Of a DNA stretch of 64,000 nt, positions 50,417-63,654 are shown one piece after another; position 1 is the first letter of the stretch; each line of letters opens with the position of its first letter. Under the pieces are notes generated by a model. That model had not been told where the DNA came from and ran no database searches. It worked only from the letters and a program-made list of their open reading frames with translations. The DNA is from Heterodontus francisci (Eukaryota). The DNA is taken from assembly GCF_036365525.1 (NCBI RefSeq), contig NC_090397.1, positions 28,828,034-28,892,033 of the forward strand. The letters run 5' to 3'. Position numbers and translations under genes: made by a program.

Positions 50417-51988
50417 TATGCAACAACTACCGTGGAATCTCCCTGCTCAGCATAGTGGGGAAAGTCTTTGCTCGAGTTGCTTTAAACAGGCTCCAGAAGC
50501 TGGCCGAGCGCGTATACCCTGATGCATAGTGTGGATTTCGTGCAGAGAGATCAACCATTGACATGCTGTTCTCCCTTCGTAAGCTACAGGGGAAATGCCG
50601 CGAACAACAGATGCCCCTCTACGTTGCTTTCATTGATCTTACCAAAGCCTTTGACCTCGTCAGCAGACGTGGTCTCTTCAGACTACTAGAAAAGATCCGA
50701 TGTCCACCAAAGCTATTAAGTATCATCACCTCATTCCATGACAATATGAAAGGCACAATTCAGCATAGCGGCACCTCATCAGACCCCTTTCCTATCCTGA
50801 GTGGCGTGAAACAGGGCTGTGTTCTCGCACCCACACTGTTTGGGATTTTCTTCTCCCTGCTGCTCTCACATGCGTTCAAGTCTTCAGAAGAAGGAAATTT
50901 CCTCCACACAAGATCAGGGGGCAGGTTGTTCAACCTTGCCTGTCTAAGAGCGAAGACCAAAATACGGAAAGTCCTCATCAGGGAACTCCTCTTTTCTGAC
51001 GATGCTGCTTTAACATCTCACACTGAAGAGTGTCTGCAGAGTCTCATCAACAGGTTTGCGGCTGCCTGCAACGGATTTGGCCTAACCATCAGCCTCAAGA
51101 AAACGACCATCATGGGACAGGACGTCAGAAATGCTCCATCCATCAATATCGGCAACGACGCTCTGGAAGTGGTTCAAGACTTCACCTACCTAGGCTCAAC
51201 TATCACCAGTAACCTGTCTCTCGATGCAGAAATCAACAAGCGCATGGGAAAGGCTTCCACTGCTACGTCCAGACTGGCCAAGAGAGTGTGGGAAAATGGC
51301 GCACTGACACGGAACACAAAGGTCCGAGTGTATCAAGCCTGTGTCCTCAGTACCTTGCTCTATGGCAGCGAGGCCTGGACAACGTATGTCAGCCAAGAGC
51401 GACGTCTCAATTCATTCCATCTTCACTGCCTCCGGAGAATCCTTGGCATCAGGTGGCAGGACCATATCACCAACACAGAAGCCCTCGAGGTGGCCAACAT
51501 CCCCAGCTTATACACACTACTGAGTCAGCGGTGCTTGAGATGGCTTGGCCATGTGAGTCGCATAGAAGATGGCAGGATCCCCAAAGACACATTGTACAGC
51601 GAGCTCGCCACTGGTATCAGACCCACCGGCCGTTCATGTCTCCGCTTTAAAGACGTCTGCAAACGCGACATGAAGTCCTGTGACATTGATCACAAGTCGT
51701 GGGAGTCAGTTGCCAGCGATCGCCAGAGCTGGCGGGCAGCCATAAAGGCGGGGCTAAAGTGTGGCGAGTCGAAGAGACTTAGCAGTTGGCAGGAAAAAAG
51801 ACAGAAGCACAAGGGGAGAGCCAACTGTGTAACAGCCTCGACAAACAATTTCTACTGCAGCACCTGTGGAAGAGTCTGTCACTCTAGAATTGGCCTTTAT
51901 AGCCACTCCAGGCGCTGCTCCACAAACCACTGACCACCTCCAGGCGCTTACCCATTGTCTCTCGAGACAAGGAGGCCAAAGAGAAGAG
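50417..51988 (+). mobile_element. RTE-clade LINE, 5'-truncated, with 456-codon open RT segment (50563-51933)
   Basis: Same family as 14534-16231; FSDD at the catalytic motif; upstream in-frame TAG; TSD AATAT(G/A)GTTAC (50406-50416, 51989-51999). Confidence 0.95.
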
Positions 51989-52599
51989 AATATAGTTACA
52001 GAAGAGTTTCCACTTCCAGCCCACTGACATGCAACTACTTCAGAGGGCTCCCATAAAGTTTCAAATGCATTGGTAAAAATCATGACACACAGATACTGAA
52101 ATATGTTGATATCAACACAAGTAGATCAAAAGGATCACAGACTTCACTGGGAATTTTCTAAATTGGTAAAAGATAAGCTGTAATTGAGCAATTACTTGTG
52201 TCTGGGAATGCTTAATTCGCTAAAGCTTCTAAATGGGGTGAAGTTTCAGCAATGGGGTAGAGTAAAGTAGTAGGGGATAAAAACAGCTCAATACCTCTTG
52301 GGATAGCAAAGGAATAAATAGATTTTATGGGAAAGCAACCTGAAAGTTAAGGTTATATGGGTGCAGTGGAGAGGAAGTAAGGTGAAAGAGAAAACAGTAT
52401 GAAGTAGATGATGAGGGGAACTAGCCTAAGAAAACAACTAAATCATCAGAGGGAAGAAAAAAGTGATACAAAGTACCAAATTAAAAGGGACATCAGACAA
52501 GTAAAATCAAAAGGGAACACCTGGGGTAAAAACAAAGTTAAACCAAAAGCTGGCAACAGGGGAAATGTAACAAGAAAGAGAAACAGCTGAAACAGGGAA

Positions 52600-54760
52600 A
52601 TTTAAATTGGAGACCATGAGGTTTGTTTATTGTGGGATCTTTGCTAATGAGAAAGAAATATAACAGAGGAGCTAAGAGATGCAAAAAACTGCTTTTAAGC
52701 TTAAAAAAAATTCTGGCATTATATAGCTCGGTACAGGAACTACAAGGGCAGACAGAAGTGAAGGGATTTTTGAGGGTGAATAGATCTTATTTCAGTTAAT
52801 AAGTAATATAATTCCAGGTAAGTAATATGCTGAAATTAACGGCAAGCCTTGAGAATGAACATTCAGGGATTGGAGATTCTTACAATCAGTTTATATGACC
52901 AAGGCATGCCTGCTGAAAGAAGCCATGATAGTGGAGATATTGGATAGATTAAGACTGGTGAAAGGTGGGAAACCCTGTGTTGCGATCCAAACAAATTACA
53001 CTCATGAACAGATAGCAGGTACTGTCCAACATTGCAAAACCAAACATTGTCCTAGAAGTAAAATAGATTAACAAAAGAATACAGCCTGGACAAAGATGCA
53101 CTTTCCAGTTCAGAGAGATTGTAGGCATAGGCAATTCTTTGCTCATGAAAGTGTATCGCCATGTGTGATGCAAGGACAATACCTACATGATGGTGAGCTG
53201 ATTTCTCAAAGCTAGTTTAGTATAAAAGAAAGAAGAGATACTGAAGGAGACAATTAGGAATCCAGTAGCAGTAGTACACATCGGGTTAAATGACACAAGG
53301 AAAGCTAATATATAAGCTCTAAAAGCCACAAATGAGGATTGGCTCAAAACTTAAAGGGGATACTAATTGATATGCTTCCAGTATTTGGGAAATGAGGGGA
53401 GTTCACACAAAATATTGAGAAGTTAAATGAATGGCTGTGAACCTGGTATTAACACAGCAACGCCACCTTCATAAAGAGCTGGGAATCCTTCCCCAGAAGA
53501 AAAAAGACTGCCACAGGACAGATGAGGTGCATTTAATCAAGTAGGGAAGATGCAATTTGCAAGGAACATTGAGCTAGCAATAGAAAATCATTCAATGTCG
53601 ACAGGGTGGAGGAGGACAGGAAGTGTACAGCATCTCAGAATAGGGTAAAAGGCAGTCAACATGTATGTATGGACACACATACCCAGGAAGACATACATAA
53701 ACGAAAAGAAAAATACTGCGGATGCTAGAAATCTGAAATTAAAAACAGAAAATGCTGGAAATACTCAGCAGAGCAGGCAGCGTCTGTGGAGAGAGAAACA
53801 GAGTTAACATTTCAGGTTGATGATCTTTCATCGGAACCCCATTCTGATGAAAAGTAAGAGGTGGTATTGTCCTATATGTCACGGATTACTGGGAGAGAAC
53901 TTAAGTTGCAGAAAGTTATTTGCCAGTTTTGATGAAAAGTTATAGACCTGAAACATTACCTCTTTTCTCATTGTAGAAAGCTACAACGGAACTACTCTAA
54001 GTAGACATTACTAATAATAAAAAAAATCCAAGCTAACTTTAGGTGTATGCTATTGACCATCAAGTCAACATAGTTAGGAGAGCAAGTTTCTCTAAAGAGA
54101 TTGAAAGAATATGTGAGAACAGGAAGGGTATTTTAATGACAGACTTCAATTAGCCAAATATAAACCGGGAAAAGCCAAGTTTAAAGTCAAAGTTGGTAGA
54201 TATAATGCATGATAGTTGCTTTGATGTATTGGATCAGGAAGCAATGACAGATAATGCTCATCTTTAAACTGGTGATAATAAATAACCCAGAAAATCTATA
54301 AGAAATGGAAGTCTTATCAGCTCTGGGAACAGCGACCAGAGATAAAGTTTAACATGATCTGGAAGCAGAAACACCTAAAATCAAGAACCAGATGCATAAC
54401 TTAAAATGACTAATTTCAAGAAAATGAGGGAACAATTAAAGGAACTAAATTGGGGAGAGTTATTCTGCAATTCAGTAGAGGTCATATGGAATGTCATTAA
54501 TGCAAGATATTCCCCAAACCAACAAGTTCAGACGAAACAAATATGTTTCAAAATCATAGAATCTTACAGCCCAGAAGTCAACCATTCTGTTCATCATGCC
54601 AGTGTCTGCTCGCAAACGCCCCACTTTCCACATAGCCCTGCAATTTTTTCCCTTTCAAATATAAAATGAATTAAAAATCAAAAGTGAGATAAAACAAAAA
54701 ATAGCCTGTATGAATTTTGCAAAAGTGATACAAGAAAACGCAGAAACACATTGAAAAGGT
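52600..54760 (+). mobile_element. Highly decayed CR1-type LINE 5' region (ORF1 esterase and ORF2 endonuclease remnants)
   Basis: PVAVVHIGLND (about 53260-53293) and DEVHL resemble SGNH esterase blocks of CR1 ORF1; ILMTDFN*P near 54130 and NFKKMREQL...NW resemble APE/tether sequence. Confidence 0.5.
53705..53975. mobile_element. Foldback Penelope-like terminal repeats
   Basis: Minus-strand repeat 53705-53837, then plus-strand TTCTGATGAAAAG and CCAGTTTTGATGAAAAGTTATAGACCTGAAACATTA. Confidence 0.65.
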
Positions 54761-55008
54761 GATCAAAAGGGTGACGCGAAACCTGGAAAAGAGAATAGCA
54801 GCTGACTTTGGTACTTGCATCCCATAATAATCTTATCAATGTGTTCAGAAAACCATGGGTCATTTGCATCTGAATTAAGAGTATGGGCGAAACTCGACAC
54901 TTGTAGTGTGGACTTGTAAAATTATCTCTGCTCATGGGATATGAGAAGATATAGTCATACAGGATACCAGAAGCACAATGCCACTTAATTGCCATAACCT
55001 GTAATTAT

Positions 55009-55857
55009 TGTTATGAAAGTGCTTCCATTTTGAAATATTTTTTGAGGACTCTTGTTTTAGAATTGTGGAGATAGATTCATTGGAGGACTGAAGTGATTCC
55101 ATAGATGCTGGACTTTTTTTTAAAAGGGTCACTGGAAGGACTCTGTTTCAAAACATTTACTGGATGTCACATGTATTCAGCTAAGTAAAAAACAGGTGCC
55201 TTTTGACTATGGGAGTTGTTTACAAGAGAAGTGACATGTCAAGATTTATGGTGCTCAAGAGTGGGTTTCATTTTTGAATACTGGTTTGGAGGTCAACCTG
55301 CTAAAAGACGAGACCAGTTCATCTTTTCTCCACCTCTTTGAGAAACCCTGAGACTCAAGTGTAAGAAATAGAGAAACCGAAGCAGCATTTCTCCTGAGGA
55401 GCTTCTGGAAGACTTCTTCTCGACATCTCTTGAACGACCTGCTTCTGAAAAGATCCCAGTGACCCATCTACGTGTACTCGGATGCCAGACTGTATGCCAT
55501 CTTAGACATAACATATCTTATCCTTTTCTTCAAGAATTAACAAGTACTTTGGCCAAAGCATCTTTATTTTTCCTTTAACTGGTGTGTGTATGTTGGGTAT
55601 TTAGAAGAGAATATATATATATTTACTGTCATATTTCAAACTGTGTGTGAAAGCTTTGGATCTTTATTGACTAAGTCTTGTTTTATAATAAATTAATACT
55701 ATGAAAGAAATCTGGTCTGTGGATTTTATTCTGAAACTAAAATAGAGTATATAATTAACCACATCAGTAATTGGGTACACATTTAAATATGTGTTGCGAC
55801 CTGTGGAGAAGTGGAACTAGAGAAAGACAGTGCACTCCTCCCGCCTTGGTCATAACA
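55009..55857 (+). mobile_element. Solo LTR (probably Gypsy-type), 849 bp
   Basis: Perfect terminal inverted 8-mer TGTTATGA...TCATAACA; 4-bp TSD TTAT (55005-55008, 55858-55861); internal AATAAA. Confidence 0.88.
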
Positions 55858-55920
55858 TTATGCTGTCATTTAAACCTGTTTACATAAGGAATTTCCATTA
55901 TAACTGATTATAATGGCAGA

Positions 55921-56238
55921 TTTTATTTATTTATTTAGAGATACAGCACTGAAACAGGCCCTTCGGCCCACCGAGTCTGTACCGACCAACAAACACCCAT
56001 TTTATACTAACCCTACAATAATCCCATATTCCCTACCTACACTAGGGGCAATTTATAATGGCCAATTTACCTATCACCTGCAAGTCTTTTGGCTGTGGGA
56101 GGAAACCAGAGCACCCGGCAAAAACCCACACAGACACAGGGAAAACTTGCAAACTCCATGTAGGCAGTACCCAGAATCGAACCCAGATCCCTGGAGCTGT
56201 GAGGCTGCAGTGCTAACCACTGCACCACTGTGCCACCC
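55921..56238 (-). mobile_element. tRNA-derived V-SINE (HE1-type)
   Basis: Reverse complement parallels 6542-6878; (TAAA)n tail. Confidence 0.85.
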
Positions 56239-57074
56239 ATGTTGACATTGATATGAAAAGAATGGCCAAAATTCATGGTAAAAGCAAGTGAAATTTATGG
56301 ACAGCAAATGTATGTATTCACAAGATTTTTTTATACACCATGGTTTGTACTGTGGTGGTTTTATTGCAAATACATATTCATATCATGGCAAAACAAATAA
56401 ATCTTGATCCTTAGCAATGAATTTTACGAGATATGATGATTTTTTTTTTTAGTACTGATGCCGCTCAGGTTTGAATATTTTACTGTTATGTTTTCTGCTC
56501 CATACCAAACAATAATCCATTTTTCTGTGATTTATTTAGGCATTAAAGTTTTTCTTGCAGTACATCAACCATTTGCACTGTTACTAAAGTCCACACAGAA
56601 TATAAGCGATAAAGCTTCATACATCACTTCACCTACATTAGTATTAGTTATCTGGAACTTCCACCCTTCTCTGCAAATGTTTCAGTCCAACGATTGGCAT
56701 CACTTGCTGATCCAGAATTCATGAAATGTAATTTGGGCTCAAATTTCTCAGGGCTAGATTTACCAGGAAAATACTGGGGAGCCACATCGGAACGGCTTCC
56801 CGATACATACCCGCCTCTGAGGGACTTGCCCGGGGTGAACTGGGAACCAGGTCAGCTGCCTGCTCCATGGAGTTGGGCAGCCAAGTGGGGCCATTTTGCA
56901 TATTTTACTGACATTGGAATGGCCCCCTGCCGTGTGCTGCGGCCACCAGCTCAATCGAGGCAGCTTCCCAACGTGAGATCGGGTGGCCATAGCCACGGGA
57001 TGAAAGGCCACAGCCAGATCTGTCAATAGTCCATGTTGAGGTGCCCTCGTGCTTGCCTGCCTGCCTGCCTTGGC

Positions 57075-58367
57075 AACACAAGAACACAAGAAATAGGAGC
57101 AGGAGTAGACCATATGGCCCATCGAGCCTGCTCCACCATTCAAAACAATCACGGCTGATCTTAGGATTCAACTCCATTTTCCTCAATTCCCTGAGAAGTC
57201 AAAAATCTGTCTATCCCAGCCCTAAATGTACAAGGATGGAGCATCAACAACTGTCTGGGGTAGAGAATTCCAAAGATACACAATCCTTTGAATGAAATAA
57301 TTTCTCATCATCTCAGTCCTAAATGATCGGCCCCTTATCCTGAGACTTTGCCCCCGTGTTTTAGATTCCCTGACCAGTGAAAATAATCTCTCATTGTCTA
57401 CCCTATCAAGCCACTTTAAAATTTATATGTTTCAACGAGATCACCTCTCATTCTCCTCAACTCCGGAGAATACAAGCCCAATTTACTTAGTCTCTCATCA
57501 TAGGCCAATCCCCTCATCCCAGGGACCAATCTAGCGAACCTTTGCTGCACTGCCTCCAATGCAAGTATATCCTTTCTTAAATATGGAGACCAAAACTGCA
57601 CACAGTATTCCAGATATGGTCTCACCAAAATCTTGTACAAGTTTAGCATTACATCCTTATTCCTGTACTCCAATCCCCCTACAATAAAGGCCAACATGCC
57701 ATTTGACTTCCTGATTGCTTGCTGTACCTGCATGTTAATTTTCTGCGTTCCTTGTACAAGCACACCCACGTCTCTTTGAACATCGACACTTACAAGTTTC
57801 ACACCTTTTAAAAAATATTCTGCTTTTCTATTCTTACGACCAAAGCGTATAACTTTACACTTCCCTACATTATACTTAATTGGCCATCTTGTTGCCCACT
57901 CATTTAACCTGGCTATATCTGTTTGTGCCCTCTCTACAGCTTACCTTTCCACCTACCTTTGTATCATCAGCAAACTTAGATACTTTATTCTCTGTCTCTT
58001 CATCTAAGTCATTAATATAGATTCTAAATAGCTGAGGCCCCAGCACTGATCCTTGCAGCACTCCAATATTTACTGCCTGTCAACTTGAAATGCCCCATTT
58101 ATGCCCACTCGTTGCTTCCTATCTGTTAACCAATCATCTATCCATACAAATATATTACCCCCAACTCCATGAGCCCTTATTGTGCCAATTAACTTGTTGT
58201 GTGGCACCTTATCGAATGCCTTTTGGAAATCCAGGCATACTACATCTACTGGTTCCCCTATATCTATTCTACTAGTTACATCCTCAAAAAACTCTTAATA
58301 AATTTGTCAAACAGGATTTCCCTTTAGTAAAATCATGTTGACTTGTTCTAATCATACTGTGCTTTTC
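57075..58367 (-). mobile_element. CR1 LINE 3' portion
   Basis: QHDFTKGKSCLTNL, RPYLEYCVQFWSPYLRKDILALE motifs; TTCTTGTG repeat tail. Confidence 0.9.
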
Positions 58368-58678
58368 AAAGAAGAAGATTTTCAAAGTAAGAATGAGTTC
58401 AGCCAGGCAGAGGAGGGTGGTGGTTGATGAGGACTGGTGGGGCCTCCATTTAAGGAAGAAATGAAGGGCCTGCAGGCCATCTGGGTGCAGGATGGAGGTG
58501 TTGAGGGACTGGACATCCATGGTGAAAAGGAGACAGTGAGGGCCAGGAAACTGAAAACTGTTAAAGTGGCCGAGGGTGTGAGAAGGGTCCTGGATAGTCA
58601 GAAGAGACTGAATAAGGAGAGAAAATATAGAGTCGAGCTTGGAAGACATAAGTTCTGTGTTGAACAGGCTGAAACAAT
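58368..58678 (-). mobile_element. Penelope-like reverse transcriptase fragment
   Basis: LDSIFSLLIQSL...FQFPGPHCLLFTMDVQSLNTSILH...LAELILTL resembles the PLE RT (TMDVxSLYTSIPH motif). Confidence 0.8.
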
Positions 58679-58681
58679 TTT

Positions 58682-60990
58682 AAAAAAATTTGTTTATAGG
58701 ATGTGAGAGTTGCTGGCAAGACCAATATTTATTGCCCATCCTTAATTTCCCTTGAGAATGTGATGGTGAGCTACCTTTTTGAACTGCTGTAGTCCATGTG
58801 GTGTAGGTACACCCACAGTGTTGTTAGGGAGAGAGTTCCATGATTTTGACCCAATGACAGTGAAGGAGTGACGATATATTTCCAAGTCAGGATGGTGTGT
58901 GACTTGGAGAAGAACTTGGATGGTGGTGTTCCTATGTGTCTGTTGCTCTTATTCTTCTAGGTGACAGAAATCATGGGTTTGGAAGGGGCTATTGAAGGAG
59001 CCTTGACAGTTTTCTCCAGGGCAGCTTGTAGATGGTACACACTGCTGCCATGATGTGCCGATGATAGAGGGAATGTTTAAGGTGGTGGATGGGGTGCCTA
59101 TCAAGCAGGCTGCTTTGTCCTGGATGATGTTGAGCTTCTTGAGTGTTGTTGGAGCTGCACTCATCCAGGCAAGTGGAGCGTATTCCATCACACTCCTGAC
59201 TTGTGCCTTGTACATGGTGGACTCGGGAGTCAGGAGGTGAGTTACTCGCCACAGTACACAGTGTCTGACCTGCTCTTGTAGCCAAAGTATTTATGTGGCT
59301 GGTCCAGTTAAGTTTCTGGTTAATGGTAACACCACCCCCCCCCACCCCCCCACCCTCCCAGGATGCTGACAGTGGAGGATTCTGTGATGGTAATGCCGTT
59401 GAATGTCAAGGGGAGATGATCAGATTCTTTCTTGTTTGAGATGGCCATTGCCTGGCATGTGTGTGGCATGAATGTTACTTGCCACTTATCAGCCCAAGCC
59501 TGAATGTTGTCCAGGTCTTCCTGCATGTGGGCACGGACAGCTTCAGTATCTGAGGAGTCTTGAATGGTGCTGAACACTCTGCAATCATCAGTGAACATCC
59601 CCACCTCTGACCTCATACTGGAGGGAAGGTGATTGATGAAGCAGCTGAAGATGGTTGGGCCTGGGACCGTGTCCTGAGGAACTCCTGCAGCAATGTCCTG
59701 GGACTGAGATGATTGGGCTCCAACAACCACAGTCATCTTCCTTTGCGCTAGGTATGAATCCAACCCTGGAGAGTTTTCCCCCCTATTCCCACTAACTTCA
59801 ATTTTGCTAGGGCTCCTTGATACCACACTCGATCAATGCTGACTTGATGCCAAGGGCAGTCACTCTCACCTCACCTCTGGAATTCAGCTCTTTCATCCAT
59901 GTTTGGACCAAGGTTGTAATGTGGTCTGGAGCCAAGTGGCCCTGGCGGAATCCAAACTGAGCATCAATGAGGAGGTTAGAGCTGAGTAAGTGCCATTTGA
60001 TGGCACTGTTGATGATACCTTCCATCACTTTGCTGCTGATCGAGAGCAGACTGATGGGGTGGTAATGGCCAGATTGAATTTGATCTGCGTTTTGTGGACA
60101 GGACATATCTGGGCAATTATCCACATTCTTGGATGGATGCCAGTGTTTTAGCTATACTGGAACAGCCTGGCTTGGGGTGCAGCTAGTTCTGGAGCACAAG
60201 CCTTCATTACTACAGCTGGGATGTTGTCGGGGCAGATAACCTTTGCTGTATCCAGTGCATTCTACTGTTCCTTGATACTATGTGGAGTGAATCGAATTGG
60301 CCAAAAACTGCCATCTGAGATGCTGAGGACCTCAGGAGGAGGCTCAGATGAATCATCCACTTGGCACTTCTGGCTGAAGATGGTTGCAGATACCTCAGCC
60401 TTGTCTTTTGCACTGATGTGATGGGCTTAGTTTAGAGATACTGGGCTCTTACATCAGTGAGGATAGGGATATTTGTGGAGGCTTCTCCTCCTGTTAGTAG
60501 TTTAATTGTTCACCACCATTCATGCCTGGATGTGGCAGAACTGCAGGGCTTTGTTCTGATACATAGGTTTTGGATTACTTAGCTCTGTCTATTGCATGCT
60601 GATTCCACTGTCCTGCATGCATGTAGTTCTGTGTTGGAGCTTCAGCCTTTTGGCACCTTCACTCCTCATTGAACCAGGGTTGATCCCTGGCATGAATGGT
60701 AGAGTGAGAGATATGCCAGGCCATAAAGTTACAAATTGTGGTTGAATACAATCCTGCTGCTGCTGATGGTCCATAGTATCTCGCAGATGCCCAGTTATGA
60801 GCTGCTAGATCTGTTCTGAATCTATCCCATGTAGCATGATGGTAGTGCTACACAATACAATGAAGCGTGTCCTCAGTGTGAAGGCTGGACTTTGTTTCCA
60901 CAAGGACTGTGCGGTGGTCTCTCCTAACAATACTGTCATGGACAGATGCATCTGCGAATTGATGAGTACGAGATCAAGTAGGTTTTTCCC
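58682..60990 (-). mobile_element. CR1-clade LINE (third family) inserted into the Penelope RT
   Basis: YHPISLLSISSKVME, QFGFRQGH, AGVPQDTVPGP, MFTDD, YKAQVRSVMEY; 3' end matches 23884-24055. Confidence 0.9.
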
Positions 60991-61110
60991 TCTGTCAGGT
61001 CAGTCCAGTTTGTGGATCTTGAGGGGGAAGTCAAAGCAGGCAATGTGGGGTTGGAGGCCATAGGAGATGATCTCCAGGGGAGTTGGGGTCAGGTCCTCCC
61101 TGGCTTGCTG
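60991..61110 (-). mobile_element. Upstream part of the same Penelope-like RT
   Basis: QPHIACFDFPLKIHKLD*PDR resembles PLE QPRTARFYLLPKIHKPDCPGR, which precedes the IVSAC that resumes at 58678. Confidence 0.65.
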
Positions 61111-61129
61111 CTGAAGGGGAGGGGCTGTT

Positions 61130-61470
61130 GGTGAGTATGTGCGCATGCGTGTGGGGAAGTCCCGTTTGAATTGCGCCAAATTAAAGGTTGCCTTTCGCAA
61201 AAATGTAAGGATCAGTATGAAACCAGGAATTAAAAATGACACGATGGATATTTTCCAATGTAATATTTGACGGGGTTCAGTCTACGGCGCTCGACCAACG
61301 ACTATGCTGCGAATGATTAACAGCCCGGCGCGCTGTGTACGGCCGTCGCCTAGCAACCGGGCGGTTCTCTCACAGGGATCCCTCCGCCGTACTGCGGAGA
61401 ATTGGGGGCGGAGGCGGAGGGAGACTGGTGAACAAAGCGGAGGTGAAGAGTTCCTGTTCCACTGCCAGAG
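61130..61470. promoter_or_regulatory. CpG-rich promoter of an unidentified gene
   Basis: CpG cluster with NRF1-type TGCGCATGCG (61140-61149), RFX X-box GTCGCCTAGCAAC (61345-61357) and GC box GGGGCGG near 61405. Confidence 0.6.
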
Positions 61471-63107
61471 GTGAAGGATGAGGAAGAAGCGTCTACTTGC
61501 AGTTTGGATCATGGCTTAGCATTGAGAGCCAAGCCAGTGTGTTTCATCCACACCAGCTGAATCCTCAGGTGATGGGCCATTTCTTACCTTTATGTTGAGT
61601 TGCATGTGGCTGTAAGGATGGATGATAAGCAAGATGCTCCACAGTTAGTGTGTGATGATGTCCACATTACACAGTAACATAATAAATGGGGAACATTTGT
61701 GTTCACATTACAATTTTGGTTAAAAAAGTTTAATTTGGTTACTTGAAATGAACAGTTTGAGCATATTGTCACTGATGTTTGCAGTGATTTCTGTATTTTA
61801 CCAGTACTGTGCTTGGAAATATATAAAGGATACTTTAAATAAATGTACTGTTTGAGTCCAAACTATGAATGGATTCCCACAGTGTCAGGCTATGGTTGTT
61901 GAGCAGATCTGACTTTGCACTTCCTAGAATTCCAGAAACATACTTTACGCATCTATGCTTTGCAAAATAAACACTGATTTTGAAAAGCTGCTAATAATAA
62001 AGCAACTAACAACCAGCCTCGTGGCACAGAACATTGTTGGATAGTATCTTTCATGGCTTGTTTTGCAGGTTCTTGAGCTCATTTTGTAGGAAAAATTGGA
62101 GGGATAGTTGTCACAAATAATATGTTTGTATATTTTACTGATCAGCTAGGTTGACATTGCAGAGGAAGAGGAGCAGGTAGATTAACCAGGGATTACACTC
62201 CTACTGATGTATGATTGTGGTTTGAAAAAACAAGGTGGAAAGTGTCCAATAATTTCCAATTTTTCCTGACTCCCAACTATATCAGCCTGCATTTATATAG
62301 CACTTTTGATGTAGTAAATATGAAAAGGCACTTCACAGAAGTGGAAACAGACACTGAGCAGCAGTAGAAGATTTAGTGGTGATTGAAGGCTGAGGAGGTA
62401 GGTTTTAAGGAGAGGGGAGAATAGTAGCAAGACTGAGGGATTTAGGAACTAAGTTTCATAGGTTAGGAAGTGTGGTTCCAATAGCTGAAGACTCTGCCAC
62501 CAGAGCTAGAATGGGGGCAGGGATTCTACAAAGGAAGCCAGAGTTGTAAAAATGGAGGGCATGATCTGGAAGAGGTTGGAGAGATAGTGTGGGGCAAAGC
62601 CACAGAGGGATTTGTAAATGGGAAGAAATATTTAAAATTTAATACATTGGGGCTAGGAGTTGACAAGGAGAGGAGTGATAAATGAGTAGGACTTTATTTT
62701 CAATAGGATGCAGGCAGTTGGGTTTTGAAAGAGAGAGTGTTTCTGGTGGATCATGAGAGGCTGCTGCAGTAAATGTTATAGAAGTTGAAACTGGAGGTGA
62801 TGAAGGATAAGGGTTTTAGCAGTAGTGAAAATAAGTTAAGAGCACAAGTGGAAGTGGAAAGGGGCAGTTTTTGTAATGAATAGGACATAGGATTTAAACC
62901 TGAACTCAGGAACATTCCAAGATTGCACACCAATGTATTCAACCCGACTAAGCAGTCAGGGTGGGGTAATGGAATTGGAGCTACAATACAGAGCTTTTGG
63001 TGGGAGCTGAAAGAAAGAAAGAACTTGCATTTATATAGTACCTTAATGTAGAAAACATCCCAAAGTGCTGCACAGAGGCATAATCGGACAAAATTGAATG
63101 CTTTTTT

Positions 63108-63495
63108 AAAAAATTCATTCATGGGCTGTGGATGTTGCTGGCTGGGCCAGCATTTATTGCCCATTCCTAATTGCCCTTGACCTGAGTGGCCTGCTAGGCC
63201 ATTTCAGAGGACATTTTTAAGAGTCAACCACATTGCTGTGGGTCTGGAGTCACATGTAGGCCAGACCAGGTAATGACAGCAGATTTCCTTTCCTTTAGGA
63301 CATTAGTGAACCAGATGGGTTTTTACAACAATCGACAATGGTTTCATGGTCACCATTAGATGAATTTTTCAGTTCCAGATATATTAATTGAATTCAAATT
63401 TCACCATTTGCTGTGGTGAGATTCAAGCCCACGTCCCCAAAGCATTAGCCTGGGCTTTAGATTATTAGTCCAATGACATTGCCACTATGCCACTG
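63108..63495 (-). mobile_element. tRNA-headed SINE with CR1-type tail
   Basis: Minus strand starts TGGCATAGTGG with a later B-box-like segment; ends with the tail shared by 58682-58760 and 23884-24055. Confidence 0.55.
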
Positions 63496-63654
63496 CCTTC
63501 TCAAGGGCAACTGGGGGTTGGCAACAAATGCTGGCCTTGCAAGCGTTTGCATCCCAGGAAAGAATTTTTAAAAAATTAGGAGGTGACTAAAAGCTTGGCC
63601 AAAGAGGTGGGTTTTAAAGAGGGTCTTAAAAGGGAAGGAGGGGGAGAGGTTTAG

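Noticed and set aside
50563-51933. 456-aa ORF as a domesticated or host gene
   Set aside because: It is a 5'-truncated RTE LINE with an upstream in-frame stop, a TSD and near-identical sibling copies.
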